The notes below the pieces were generated by a model that was not told where the DNA came from, made no database searches, and worked only from the letters and a program-made list of their open reading frames with translations. Below, piece by piece: positions 63,069 through 64,000 of a DNA stretch of 64,000 nucleotides (its first letter is position 1; every line of letters begins with the position of its first letter). This DNA comes from Callorhinchus milii. Taxonomy: Eukaryota. A program made the position numbers and the translations under genes. Location: NCBI RefSeq assembly GCF_018977255.1, contig NW_024704742.1:10108001-10172000 (forward strand), read 5' to 3'.

Positions 63069-63600
63069 CATATTGGGGAAGACCGGCTCTGTGTATTCCC
63101 AGTGTATCCCAATCTGCCTTCCCTGAAGACTCCTGCCAAAGGCTGGCTGTGTTTCGTTACGTAGAGGTAGTCTTAAAAGGTTCACAGTGCAAGCTTTAAT
63201 CATCCACCGTATTATTGCATTCAATTGGAAATTCCCAGCTTTTGCAAGAGTGATTCTGAAATTCCCAGGGTTAAAAGTGAAAGAGTAGAATTGTCCTCCC
63301 CACTCCCTCACTCACTCACTCATCAGCTGCAAACACGCGCACTGCTGGCTGCTACCTCACACATCCATTTCTAACAGACACTGCTTGTCAGACCTTTCAC
63401 TGTTGGGGTCCCCCCTCTCCCACCCGAGGGGAAGCACAGAAACCCTTCAGTGTCAATCTACCTTAAAAGTAGCCCGCCCCTCAGTCTCAGCCACCCCCCC
63501 AACCCCTAATTAAGATGGGGCCAAACAGGAAAAGGGTTGCTTTTCCCTCTACATAACTCTCCCAGGAGCTGCACTAACCTGCTGCTCTGTAGGAAGCTGA
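63069..63600 (-). other. Candidate first exon ending in ATG|gtaagt (phase 0) of the same minus-strand gene
   Basis: Consensus donor ATG|GTAAGT at 63069/63068 with A at -3 of the ATG. Repeat-free, promoter-like sequence upstream. The 5' end is not defined. Confidence 0.5.
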
Positions 63601-63640
63601 GTTCAGTGGTACAGGCCACCTCTTTATATAAAAGTTTCCA
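63460..63640 (-). promoter_or_regulatory. Putative promoter (TATA-like and GC-box motifs)
   Basis: tttatataaa at 63623-63632 and GC box gcccgcccc at 63472-63480, in unique sequence upstream of the 63069 donor. Confidence 0.35.
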
Positions 63641-64000
63641 GGCAGTTGGCTGTAGTGTAAGCAATTACAGCAGATTCCTTTCTCCGCATTGTTCCTCTGA
63701 AACTATTCATTCATAATTGACTGAGGCAGATCCGCGCAAATGAACCATTCTCCGTCTGTCTAGAGACCCCTGAATCACAGAGAGGAAGGGAGAGGAGGGG
63801 GAGGCAGAGAGCAGCATCCCCCATACTGCAGCGAGTCGCAGGGCAAATATATTTTCTATTATATACTGTACGCCTTTTTCAGGCGATTAAATTCATTTTT
63901 CCTTATATGTATATATAAAAACAAGACAAGCCCAGAACTGTTCGAATCTTGCGCTCTGACACTTCAGTCGGTTTATTGTTTATTTTTCATTTGAAAGTCC

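Noticed and set aside
1..64000. CRISPR array, operon or other prokaryotic system
   Set aside because: The recurring ~30-350-bp sequences are dispersed SINE/LINE ends in both orientations, not regularly spaced repeats; there is no gene-dense architecture

Overview
Vertebrate nuclear DNA, not prokaryotic. The repeat content (a ~350-bp tRNA-derived SINE with an (ATT)n tail, SacSINE1/AmnSINE-like Deu-SINEs, L2 LINE 3' fragments with (GTT)n tails, CR1 LINE 3' fragments) points to a cartilaginous fish, most likely a chimaera such as Callorhinchus; this is recognition from memory, not a search. A large share of the window is decayed, often nested retrotransposon sequence, and no autonomous element is intact. 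The unique sequence looks like the 5' intronic region of one unidentified minus-strand gene with several promoters. The best-supported exon is 46476-45625: an acceptor, a strong-Kozak ATG at 46431, 269 Ser/Pro/Thr-rich codons and a phase-0 donor. Candidate alternative first exons also end in phase 0: ATG| at 63069 and MDQDNDG| at 5705. The shared downstream exons appear to lie left of the window. There is also a 2.7-kb (CA)n-derived array with a 263-bp higher-order repeat, a consensus CTCF site and clustered MEF2-type motifs. The most notable sequence-level signals are a modular SINE/L2 system with a covarying 3' stem-loop, insertion sites that match the elements' own tail repeats, and several unusual insertion junctions. 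Most ORFs in the supplied track are repeat or low-complexity artefacts. Repeat boundaries were read by eye and are approximate.
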